Positions 1 to 8,874 of a stretch of DNA of 64,000 bases are shown here, piece after piece. The notes beneath the pieces were generated by a model that did no database searches, was not told the origin of the DNA, and saw nothing but the letters and a program-made list of their open reading frames with translations. The first letter of the stretch is position 1; every line of letters starts with the position of its first letter. The stretch is from the NCBI GenBank assembly GCA_949282205.1, contig CASDOS010000034.1, positions 5,972 to 69,971 of the forward strand, read 5' to 3'. A program made the position numbers and the translations under genes. Source of the stretch: an uncultured Alphaproteobacteria bacterium (GTDB lineage Bacteria > Pseudomonadota > Alphaproteobacteria > RF32 > CAG-239).

Positions 1-111
1 ATCCGCAATGCAATGAATGTCCGATTTATGTATACTGTCATAGCAAGGATAAAAAACAAATAAATTAGAAAGTTTTTAACTATAACGCCATAAGATTAAT
101 ATAACAAAATT

Positions 112-1632
112 ATGTTAAAGCGAGGCAAAATGACGGCTGAAACAGAAAAAGGATATTTCGCAAAAATATTCGCTAAAGCAATAATGTGGTGTTTAGTAGC
201 ATATGGAATAGGTTTTGCGGTATGGACAATTTTTTTTACAGAAACAGGGAATGGCGATAATGTAGAACATATCCATGCAACATGGTTGATTGCAAACGGT
301 CAAGTACCTTACCGAGATTTTTTCCAACATCATAATCCCTTGCTGTGGTATCTTTTTGCCCCGTTTATGCTATTAATAAAAACACCTATAAACATATTAA
401 ACATACTGGATATAGCGCATGCTGTTGCATTAATTACCGGAATGGGAGCATTTTTTATTGTTTACAAAACAAGTAAGACTTTTTTTGCAACTAAATATGC
501 GTCTGTACTAAGTTTATTAATTTTGTGCCCGCCCTATTATTACATTTATTGTTTCAATTATAATCCGGATACATTTATGGTTTTATTTTTTGCGGTAGGT
601 ATGCATTTTCTTTTCACCTACTGGCGAGATAAAAAGAGTAAAGATTTAGTATTATCTTTTATAAGTTTTTTTATAGCGGTACTGTTCACGCAAAAGATTC
701 TGACTATTTTAGCGCCGTTAGGAGTAATCAGCATTTATGTTTTCTATAAAGAAAAAACGCCGTTAAAGGATATAGGATATGCGCTGATAATTCCGACATT
801 GGGGACGATATGTTTCTTGTCGTATTTATACTATGAAGATACTTTGAATTTGTATTGGCAATCAAATTTTGTATTTAATATAAGAATGCAAGAATATTAC
901 GGAAACAAAAAAATAGATATACTGGATTGCCAAGTTTTTTATACATCAGTTTTTTTTGCATTGGTAAGCATAATGACGCAATGGAAAAAAAGTGATATTT
1001 ACTATAAAACCACAGCTATTTTGTTTATTTTAGAATTATTACAACGGTGTTTTTATTTTTCAATAGCCCCGTATTATATGTTGCCGTTAATGATATTTAC
1101 GGTGTATTTAAACAGTGTTCTGATACAAAAGATGGCAGAAAGAAGCATGGTATTAATATACGCTTTATTAGTACTGTCATTATATTATGCTGGCATTTCT
1201 GAAACACGCTATTTATTATATAGAACCACGGATAGAAGTTTCGCAAGGTATTTAGCAGCAAATGTGACGCCATGTGACTATGTCATAAATGGCTTTTTAG
1301 GCAATCAATCAATATTAAACAAGGATCCACATTATTACTGGTCATTATTGGGACATGTAGATATTGCAGGCGACGAATTAAAAATATATCCCAAACCGAA
1401 TTTAAATGCGCTTGTTTTAAAGTACAAACCCAAATTAGTGAGCGGAGAAATATATTGGAATAATTACTATTTAAATCGAGGGACAAATGTTTATGTTCAA
1501 CAAATTTCACCTCAAATTTTAGATATGTATTATTTGCCAACACCATTTAAGGACGTGTATATTCTAAAATACGAATATCATGGAAAAAATTGTCATTATG
1601 ATAAAGAGAATAGAGATTGGATATATGACTGA
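112..1632 (+). CDS. polytopic membrane protein, paralog A (possible GT-C-fold glycosyltransferase; function unproven)
   Basis: 506-aa ORF with many hydrophobic segments. The N-terminal loop motif NGDNVEHIH..W..NGQVPYRDFFQHHNPLLWYLFAPF is shared with the next ORF. The C-terminal ~130 aa are soluble and carry TPCDYVINGF and NCHY motifs. Confidence 0.7.
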   Translation: MLKRGKMTAETEKGYFAKIFAKAIMWCLVAYGIGFAVWTIFFTETGNGDNVEHIHATWLIANGQVPYRDFFQHHNPLLWYLFAPFMLLIKTPINILNILDIAHAVALITGMGAFFIVYKTSKTFFATKYASVLSLLILCPPYYYIYCFNYNPDTFMVLFFAVGMHFLFTYWRDKKSKDLVLSFISFFIAVLFTQKILTILAPLGVISIYVFYKEKTPLKDIGYALIIPTLGTICFLSYLYYEDTLNLYWQSNFVFNIRMQEYYGNKKIDILDCQVFYTSVFFALVSIMTQWKKSDIYYKTTAILFILELLQRCFYFSIAPYYMLPLMIFTVYLNSVLIQKMAERSMVLIYALLVLSLYYAGISETRYLLYRTTDRSFARYLAANVTPCDYVINGFLGNQSILNKDPHYYWSLLGHVDIAGDELKIYPKPNLNALVLKYKPKLVSGEIYWNNYYLNRGTNVYVQQISPQILDMYYLPTPFKDVYILKYEYHGKNCHYDKENRDWIYD

Positions 1633-3103
1633 AAATAAAATACAAAAGTTGTTGTATATATATATGTTAGCAACGTTTCTGGTGTGCAGCTATATATATT
1701 GCTTCGTCGTCAAAGCGAATGGGGATAACGTTGAACACTTGCATTTTTCGTGGTTAGTTTGGCAAGGATATGTCCCGTACAAAGATTTTTTCCAACACCA
1801 CAATCCGTTAACATGGTATTTATTTGCGCCATTTGTGAATTTGCTGATAGATAATAAGATGATTTTTTCAATATTCAATCAAGTGAGTTATGTTGCTGTT
1901 TGCATAATGGCCTACTATCAATACCAAATAATGATTTATAACCAAAACAGTAGAACGGCAGGATTATTTCTGATAGCCACGATAATTTCATCATATTCAA
2001 TAGTGTGGGCGCTAAATTTCCGACCGGATACATTTGCATATATGAGTTTAGTTGCTGGTTTATTATATTTATTTAAATATATAAAAGATAGACAATTATG
2101 GCAGTTAGTTGTTTCCTTTTTATGCTTTTTTATAGCGTTTATGTTTACGCAAAAAGTTTTAATAAACCTAGTCATACCGGCAATGGGAATAATATATTGG
2201 CTATATAAAAAACAAATAGATTTTAAAGATTTTACTTTATCTTGCACACTACCCATTTTGCTCTTAGTTACGTGGGGTGCGTATTTATACAGTGAAGATA
2301 TACTGGAATTGTATTGGCGTTCAAATTTTCCATATAACACCAGTATACCAGAGATATTTGCAGACAATAGAATAATTTTCCCACCAAAAGAATTTTATGA
2401 ATTTTACATATTTATTCCCACAGGAGGTATGGCATCTATTTATTTTCTGCTAAAAGGTAATGCGATAGAAAAAATTATGAGTTTGATGTTTATTGAAGAG
2501 GGGATAGTACGTCTTTTTTACTTTTCGGCATTTTTGCATTACAGTATATTCTGGTTAATATTGGGGATAATGGTAACGATAATGTTGTTAGATAAATTTT
2601 CTTCCCCAAGAATTATCAAAATAGCATTAGGAACAGTTTTTTTACTTTTTTCGCTATGGTACAATTACGAAAAGACGTATAAAGTTGAAGCACCAAAGCA
2701 GAGTTATATAAATGGGCATGAATTGGCTTTTAATGAATTAACTCCTTGTGATACAGCTATAAATGGGTACTATGCTGTTTATAATTTAAAAGCCAAAGAT
2801 GCCGGATATTATGCTATTCTATTGGGGCAAATAGATGTTTTAGGAGAAAAAAAGGGAATTGCACCAAAAGCCGATTTGAATAATTTAATAAGGTCCAAGA
2901 AGCCTAAATTAATATCTGCTGGAATATATTGGGATACATATTGGGAACAAAGAGGAATAAAAGTTCCGGCCCATCAAATTGATGAGGCGTTAGTAAATAC
3001 CTACTATAATTACACAGGCGTCGGAGATATATTTATACTCAAGCCGGAGTACCAAAGGCAAGGATGTCACTATAATGGCAAGAGATGGGAGTATAAAGAT
3101 TAA
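1625..3103 (+). CDS. polytopic membrane protein, paralog B of the preceding ORF
   Basis: Same length class and same motifs (NGDNVEHLH..W..QGYVPYKDFFQHHNPLTWYLFAPF; TPCDTAINGY; GCHY). The ATG at 1625 (MTENKIQ...) overlaps the upstream stop by 8 nt. The track start at 1580 is probably too far upstream. Confidence 0.7.
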   Translation: MTENKIQKLLYIYMLATFLVCSYIYCFVVKANGDNVEHLHFSWLVWQGYVPYKDFFQHHNPLTWYLFAPFVNLLIDNKMIFSIFNQVSYVAVCIMAYYQYQIMIYNQNSRTAGLFLIATIISSYSIVWALNFRPDTFAYMSLVAGLLYLFKYIKDRQLWQLVVSFLCFFIAFMFTQKVLINLVIPAMGIIYWLYKKQIDFKDFTLSCTLPILLLVTWGAYLYSEDILELYWRSNFPYNTSIPEIFADNRIIFPPKEFYEFYIFIPTGGMASIYFLLKGNAIEKIMSLMFIEEGIVRLFYFSAFLHYSIFWLILGIMVTIMLLDKFSSPRIIKIALGTVFLLFSLWYNYEKTYKVEAPKQSYINGHELAFNELTPCDTAINGYYAVYNLKAKDAGYYAILLGQIDVLGEKKGIAPKADLNNLIRSKKPKLISAGIYWDTYWEQRGIKVPAHQIDEALVNTYYNYTGVGDIFILKPEYQRQGCHYNGKRWEYKD

Positions 3104-4909
3104 ATGTTTGATATAAAAAGAGGATTGGAAGTACTGCGCCAAAATGTAAAAATTGCGCCGGAAGCCCCCGGTGTATATAGAATGCTCAATGAAAAAGATG
3201 AAGTTTTATATGTCGGTAAAGCAAAAAACATCAAAAAAAGAATAGTGGCCTATACCCGAATAGAACAACTGACGACCAGACTACAAAGAATGGTTGCGGA
3301 GGTTGTCCGGATGGAATTTATAATTGTCGAAAACGAAAATAGAGCATTAGTAGTAGAAAATGAATTAATAAAAAAGTTGCATCCGAAATACAATATTTTA
3401 TTAAAAGACGATAAATCGTACCCCCACTTAATGTTAAATTTACAAGAAGAATATCCTGCGCTGAGAAAATTCAGAGGTCATCGAGGCGGAAACTGTCGAT
3501 ATTTTGGTCCATATGCCAGTGCGACGGCGGTCAACGAAGTAATGGATACAATCCAAAAGGTATTTATGCTGAGAAGTTGTCGCGATAATATGTTTTATAA
3601 TAGAGAACGCCCCTGTTTATTATATCAAATAAAAAGGTGCAGTGCGCCGTGCGTAGGTAAGATAAGTAAGGAAGATTATGATAAATTAGTGAAAGATGTG
3701 ATAGCCTTTTTAGAAGGAAAAAGTGCATCAATACAAGAAGAATTATCCGTAAGAATGCAACAAGCAAGTGAAGCGGAAAATTTTGAAGAAGCAATCATAT
3801 TGCGAGAAAAAATAAGGGCGTTAACTGGAATACAAACACACGCCAATTTGGAGTATTCAGGGTTAAAATCAGTAGATATCATAGGAGTAGCATATAAGGA
3901 TGAGTGGTACTGTATAGAAATATTTTTCATCCGAGGCGGTCAGAATTGTGGAAATGCGCCATACTTTATCAAAAGGACAGAAGAAGCGTCTTCGGCAGAA
4001 GTTTTGGAAGCATTTTTAAGTAGTTTTTACACCAATCATATAGCCCCCAAAGAAATATATGTATCTGAAAATTTGGAGAACAAAGAATTCCTAGAAGAAG
4101 CACTAGGCGCAAAGATTAGCAATTTCAGTAAAGGTAACAAATATAAACTTTTGGAAAACGCCAAGAAAAATGCCCTAGCGGCGATTGAACGCCATCAGGC
4201 AGAACACCAAAGTATTCATAAAAATTTAGAAGAAATGCAAAAATATTTTGATTTACCTCAAATACCAACCAGAATAGAAATATACGATAATTCTCATAAC
4301 CAAGGCAGCTATGCAGTCGGAGCAATGGTTGTAGCAACTCCGGAAGGATTTGATAAAAAATCATACAGAACATTTAATATAAAAGACAAATCTATTACAA
4401 ATGATGACTTTGCAATGATGAAAGAAGTTTTGCAACGTCGCTTTGAACGTATGAGTGAAGAAAACCGCCCGGATGTTATATTATTGGATGGGGGACTAGG
4501 ACAATTACACGCAGTTCACGAAAGTTTAGCCGACTACGATTTAAGCGGAATAAGTATTATAGCAATATCTAAAGGAGTTGATAGAAATGCGGGTAAAGAA
4601 TTTTATCATCAAAAAGGAAAAGAAAGTTTTGCTTTACCATATAGGTCGCCGATAGCATTTTATCTGCAAACTCTAAGAGATGAAGCTCATAGATTCGCAA
4701 TTGGAACACACCGGAAAAAACGAGCAAAATCTATGACAAAATCAAGTTTAGATGAAATAGAGGGAATAGGAGCAAAGCGTAAAAAGGATTTATTACATCA
4801 TTTCGGGTCAGTTGATGCAATTAAAGACGCCTCTGTGGAAGACATAAGCAAAGTAACTGGAATCAATAAAAAAACAGCTGAAAACATATATAATTACTTC
4901 CATAAATAA
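3104..4909 (+). CDS. uvrC: excinuclease ABC subunit C
   Basis: 601 aa. N-terminal GIY-YIG motif (GVYRMLNEKDEVLYVGKAKNIKKR), UvrBC-interaction region, and C-terminal helix-hairpin-helix (LDEIEGIGAKRKKDLLHHFGSVDAI). Confidence 0.97.
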   Translation: MFDIKRGLEVLRQNVKIAPEAPGVYRMLNEKDEVLYVGKAKNIKKRIVAYTRIEQLTTRLQRMVAEVVRMEFIIVENENRALVVENELIKKLHPKYNILLKDDKSYPHLMLNLQEEYPALRKFRGHRGGNCRYFGPYASATAVNEVMDTIQKVFMLRSCRDNMFYNRERPCLLYQIKRCSAPCVGKISKEDYDKLVKDVIAFLEGKSASIQEELSVRMQQASEAENFEEAIILREKIRALTGIQTHANLEYSGLKSVDIIGVAYKDEWYCIEIFFIRGGQNCGNAPYFIKRTEEASSAEVLEAFLSSFYTNHIAPKEIYVSENLENKEFLEEALGAKISNFSKGNKYKLLENAKKNALAAIERHQAEHQSIHKNLEEMQKYFDLPQIPTRIEIYDNSHNQGSYAVGAMVVATPEGFDKKSYRTFNIKDKSITNDDFAMMKEVLQRRFERMSEENRPDVILLDGGLGQLHAVHESLADYDLSGISIIAISKGVDRNAGKEFYHQKGKESFALPYRSPIAFYLQTLRDEAHRFAIGTHRKKRAKSMTKSSLDEIEGIGAKRKKDLLHHFGSVDAIKDASVEDISKVTGINKKTAENIYNYFHK

Positions 4910-4966
4910 AAAAAAAGATTATGATACATAAAAAATGGACGTAAATTAAGAGGAAAGGAATGTGTC

Positions 4967-5620
4967 GTGTATAGTCTACCGAATTTGCTGACAATTTCTA
5001 GAATTGTTGTCATACCACTAATTTTCTTATCAGTATATACCAAATGTATGTTCTTTAACTATGTGGCCGGAATACTGTTTATAGCCGCATCAATTACCGA
5101 TTATTACGATGGTAAATTGGCAAGAGATAGAGGAGAAGTGTCGGCATTTGGACGATTATTGGATCCTATTGCTGATAAATTACTGGTTGCCACAGCATTA
5201 GTCGTAATTTTGGCTAAACCCGGAATGATACACGAAATCAGTTATATTCCCGTATTTGTAATTTTATGTCGTGAGCTGTTGGTTTCAGGGCTGCGAGAGT
5301 TTTTACGCGAAGTAAATGTCGGATTGCCCGTAACTCGTCTTGCAAAATGGAAAACCGGTTTTCAAATGACAGCTTTAGCAATGATATTTTTTAAGGGGTG
5401 GTGGATATGGGCAAACATTGGAGAATGTTTATTATGGGTTGCCGGTGTTCTAACTTTTGTTACAGGATATCAATATTTTGAAAAGAGTTTGGAATATATA
5501 AGAAATGAATCAAAAGAAAAAGTATCTAAAACAGAGATAAAGAAAACAGAAACTCATCAAGAAAAGCTCCCCCCAAAAGTTACGAAAACTAAAAAAGCAG
5601 TAGCCAAAGCTAAAAAATAG
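4967..5620 (+). CDS. pgsA: CDP-diacylglycerol--glycerol-3-phosphate 3-phosphatidyltransferase
   Basis: GTG start. CDP-alcohol phosphatidyltransferase motif DYYDGKLAR...GRLLDPIADKL, multiple TM helices, and an unusual Lys-rich C-terminal tail. Confidence 0.88.
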   Translation: MYSLPNLLTISRIVVIPLIFLSVYTKCMFFNYVAGILFIAASITDYYDGKLARDRGEVSAFGRLLDPIADKLLVATALVVILAKPGMIHEISYIPVFVILCRELLVSGLREFLREVNVGLPVTRLAKWKTGFQMTALAMIFFKGWWIWANIGECLLWVAGVLTFVTGYQYFEKSLEYIRNESKEKVSKTEIKKTETHQEKLPPKVTKTKKAVAKAKK

Positions 5621-5628
5621 AGAAAACA

Positions 5629-6318
5629 ATGCAGGAAACGAAAAAACACATACTAGTCGTAGATGACGATACACGACTACGCAGTCTCCTGCAAAGATAT
5701 TTACGCGAGCAAGGCTTTCTGGTATCAGCAGCAAAAGATGCAGTGGAAGCAGAAGATTTTATACAAAATTATTTATTCGATTTGCTGATAGTTGATGTAA
5801 TGATGCCGAAAATAAGTGGTCTTGAATTTCTGCACAAATTAAGACAAAAGGGAAATAGTATTCCTGTTATTATGTTAACGGCAATGGGAGAAACGGCCGA
5901 TAGAATTTGCGGTTTAGAAACCGGAGCGGATGATTATATTCCAAAACCATTTGAACCAAAAGAATTAGTATTACGCATTAACAATATACTAAAAAGAACC
6001 ATAAAAGTTAAAGAGCAGTCTTCAAAATTGATTTTTCATGGATTAAGCTATGATATAGAAAAAAATGAGCTTAGAGATAATAATGGAAAAACAATACATA
6101 TAACACCGGTAGAAAAAACTCTGTTAAATTTATTCGGCAGAAACGTAGGCGAAGTATATACCCGAGAAGAGTTGGCGGAAATATTAGGTGTTATGGAAAA
6201 TCAAAGAACGGTAGATGTACAAATAACCAGATTGCGTAAAAAAATCGAAACAGATACAAAAAATCCTCGCTATTTGCAAACAGTAAGAGGAAAAGGCTAT
6301 ATGTTAATTTCAGACTAA
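5629..6318 (+). CDS. OmpR-family response regulator
   Basis: Receiver domain (ILVVDDD...DLLIVDVMMP...MLTA) followed by a winged-helix output domain (VDVQITRLRKKIE...YLQTVRGKGYML). Confidence 0.92.
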   Translation: MQETKKHILVVDDDTRLRSLLQRYLREQGFLVSAAKDAVEAEDFIQNYLFDLLIVDVMMPKISGLEFLHKLRQKGNSIPVIMLTAMGETADRICGLETGADDYIPKPFEPKELVLRINNILKRTIKVKEQSSKLIFHGLSYDIEKNELRDNNGKTIHITPVEKTLLNLFGRNVGEVYTREELAEILGVMENQRTVDVQITRLRKKIETDTKNPRYLQTVRGKGYMLISD

Positions 6319-6328
6319 GGAGAGCAAA

Positions 6329-7690
6329 ATGCATGTAAAGTTTCCTGATAAGATAGAAAGAGCACTACAATATTTAAAATTAAAAATATTTCCACAAACA
6401 TTATTCTTCAGAACAATGTTATTGATTTTTATACCTTTAATACTAGTGCAGGTTGTTTCTGTGGTTGCTTTTTTCAACGGAAACTGGGAAAAAGTAGGTC
6501 GCAGGCTGTCAGATAATCTATCAAATAATGTTGCGTTTGCCGTAGAAACAATATCTAAAAATGAGTATATGCTACCGGAAATTACGGATTTATATAAACA
6601 GAACTATGGCATAAAGGTAGAATTAATAACCGGAGATGAGCAACTAAAAGTAAAGGCAAATACCCACTATGATAAGGAATATAAAATCGTAACAGGATTT
6701 TTGGAAAAATCTTTACATCGAAAATTCCCCAATTCCATAACAAGTGTATATTTAGCCAATGATAAAGATGACGTGATAATTTTAATAGAAGCACCAGAGG
6801 GGCTATATCGATTTACCACATCAACAAAGAGTATATTTAGTACATCAATATTTGGTTTTGTGGCCTGGATGGTAGGAACATCGTTATTGCTGTTTGTAGT
6901 TGCTACACTATTTTTACGCATACAGGTACGTTCAATTGCAACATTAGCTCAAGTAGCGGAAGATTTTGGTAAAGGTATAAATACGCCGTTCAAACCATAT
7001 GGATCCTCGGAAGTACGAAAAGCCGGTATCGCATTTATTAAAATGAAAGAACGGATACAAAAACAAATTTCAGAAAGAACTCAAATGTTGGCCGGAGTGT
7101 CGCATGATTTACGAACACCGTTGACCAGAATGAGATTACAATTGGCAATGTTGCCGGAAAGTCCAGACAATAAAGAGTTTATCGATGACATCGGAGAGAT
7201 GGAAAAAATGCTGGATGGGTATTTAGCCTTTGTATCGGGAGAGGGTGGTGAAAAAAATACCTTTATTGATATGAACGAATTGATATTAAGCATCATCAAT
7301 AAATTCAGAAATACAAAAGCGATGATACGCTATTCTACAAATGATCAAGTAAGTGCTATTCAAGGACGAGAACAAGCATTGAAACGAGCGATAACCAATA
7401 TCATATCCAATGCATTTACCTATGGAAAAAATATAGCAGTAGCGCTTGAAAGTAACAATAATAAAATGGAAATAACCGTAGACGATGATGGTCCTGGAAT
7501 TCCTGCAGATAAGCGCGAAGATGTATTTAAGGCATTTTACCGTTTAGATGAATCACGGAACAAAGAAACCGGTGGTGTTGGCTTAGGATTGTCCATAGCA
7601 AGGGATATTATTACATCACACGGTGGAAAAATTGAGTTAAGCGACAGTGAATTAGGAGGCTTGAGGGTACTCATTTCCATTCCCTTATAA
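6329..7690 (+). CDS. EnvZ-like sensor histidine kinase
   Basis: Two TM segments flanking a periplasmic loop, H-box AGVSHDLRTPLTRMRL, N-box ITNIISNAFTYG, and G-boxes DDDGPGIP / GGVGLGLSI. It lies 10 nt downstream of the response regulator. Confidence 0.92.
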   Translation: MHVKFPDKIERALQYLKLKIFPQTLFFRTMLLIFIPLILVQVVSVVAFFNGNWEKVGRRLSDNLSNNVAFAVETISKNEYMLPEITDLYKQNYGIKVELITGDEQLKVKANTHYDKEYKIVTGFLEKSLHRKFPNSITSVYLANDKDDVIILIEAPEGLYRFTTSTKSIFSTSIFGFVAWMVGTSLLLFVVATLFLRIQVRSIATLAQVAEDFGKGINTPFKPYGSSEVRKAGIAFIKMKERIQKQISERTQMLAGVSHDLRTPLTRMRLQLAMLPESPDNKEFIDDIGEMEKMLDGYLAFVSGEGGEKNTFIDMNELILSIINKFRNTKAMIRYSTNDQVSAIQGREQALKRAITNIISNAFTYGKNIAVALESNNNKMEITVDDDGPGIPADKREDVFKAFYRLDESRNKETGGVGLGLSIARDIITSHGGKIELSDSELGGLRVLISIPL

Positions 7691-7744
7691 CTCTCACATA
7701 CGAAAATATGTGTTCCGCTGTGGTAACTAAAAAGCACGGAAAAG

Positions 7745-7776
7745 AAAAAGGAGGCTATATACAGTCTCCTTTTTTG
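7745..7776. terminator. bidirectional rho-independent terminator between convergent genes
   Basis: The arms aaaaaggaggc and gtctccttttt pair (one G:U wobble) around the loop tatataca. The stem has an A-run on one side and a T-run on the other. Confidence 0.55.
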
Positions 7777-7787
7777 AAAATAAGTTT

Positions 7788-8398
7788 TTATAAAAGAGCG
7801 GGAACAAAATTATAACCGACGCTATGGAAAACAGGCTCAGGCAATCCTAAATCATGAAATATATCAAAGGCAATATTTTGCCATAAAGATAAATTCGTAA
7901 TATTTTTAGGATTCGCATCTGCAGACAGAATTAGATTATCATTATCCAAATCAACAATACCGGTTGAAACATGTATTCCCGAAGAAATTTGATATTTCTT
8001 TGCAATTTTCTGCCAAGCACAACCAATCTCATACATATTTCCACCAACAGAAACCGTAAATCCAACGGAAGGCAAACCATAATCCCTAATAGGAACATTC
8101 AAAGTAACCTGACGCAAAGCAGTTCTAAGATACTCTGCTGTACCGAGAACATCTGAAATGCTACCGGATAACTGTAAAGCACCGACAGGTTCTCCCCCCC
8201 CAAAGGACAACCATGATCGTAAGGATAAACAGCAACCCCGCGGTAAACACAAGTATTTAATTCCCTTAAGGATAGTAAATCTTTGACAATTTTAGCAGCC
8301 AAGGAGGGCGTAAATTCTGAAACATTATGATAACCGGGTTGTACGCCACAAAATATAAACTTAGAGGTAATCATAGATCTAACAAAATAACAGAACAT
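7788..8398 (-). pseudogene. conserved-looking hypothetical protein split by a -1 frameshift at a G8 homopolymer (C8 on the plus strand at 8194-8201)
   Basis: ORFs 8099..8398 and 7788..8252 overlap in different frames. Inserting one G in the tract joins them into ...YPYDHGCPLGGGEPVGALQLSGS..., a single ~200-aa product. The family was not recognised. Confidence 0.6.
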
Positions 8399-8418
8399 TA
8401 ATAGATAGCAACAAATAT

Positions 8419-8442
8419 AAAAAGCGAGAAACCTCGCTTTTT
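8419..8442 (-). terminator. rho-independent terminator after trxA
   Basis: Perfect 6-bp stem agcgag/ctcgct with a 4-nt loop, flanked by A-run and T-run, about 25 nt downstream of the trxA stop. Confidence 0.6.
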
Positions 8443-8467
8443 ACAAAAAAGAATCAAGATAGAAATT

Positions 8468-8782
8468 CTACATATGAGAATTGAGCCAATCTTCAATAGT
8501 TGCCTGAGAATTGAAACCGACTTTTGAATCGATTTTCTCACCATCTTTGAATAAGAAAAGAGTCGGAATGCTTCTAATTTCAAAGCTAGCAGCAGTAGCC
8601 GGCGCCTCATCAACATTCATTTTACAAATTTTTACTTTATTACCCATTTCCTTAGAAACTTCTTCCAAAACAGGTCCCAACTGACGACAAGGTCCACACC
8701 ATTCGGCCCAAAAATCCACCAAAACCAATCCCTTAGATTGTAAAACTTCTTGTTCAAATTGGCTATCATTAATAGATATCAT
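8468..8782 (-). CDS. trxA: thioredoxin
   Basis: 104 aa with the canonical WAEWCGPCRQL active site and thioredoxin-fold length. Confidence 0.96.
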   Translation of the reverse strand: MISINDSQFEQEVLQSKGLVLVDFWAEWCGPCRQLGPVLEEVSKEMGNKVKICKMNVDEAPATAASFEIRSIPTLFLFKDGEKIDSKVGFNSQATIEDWLNSHM

Positions 8783-8874
8783 CGTTATCCCTTTCGCAAT
8801 AAATATTCACTAATATTAATATAGTTTATATCATTAAAATATTAAAGATTTATCTACATAATAATCCTAAAGTT

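Noticed and set aside
7971-8156. 61-aa plus-strand ORF
   Set aside because: It is antisense inside the frameshifted minus-strand gene, has low-complexity sequence and has no RBS.
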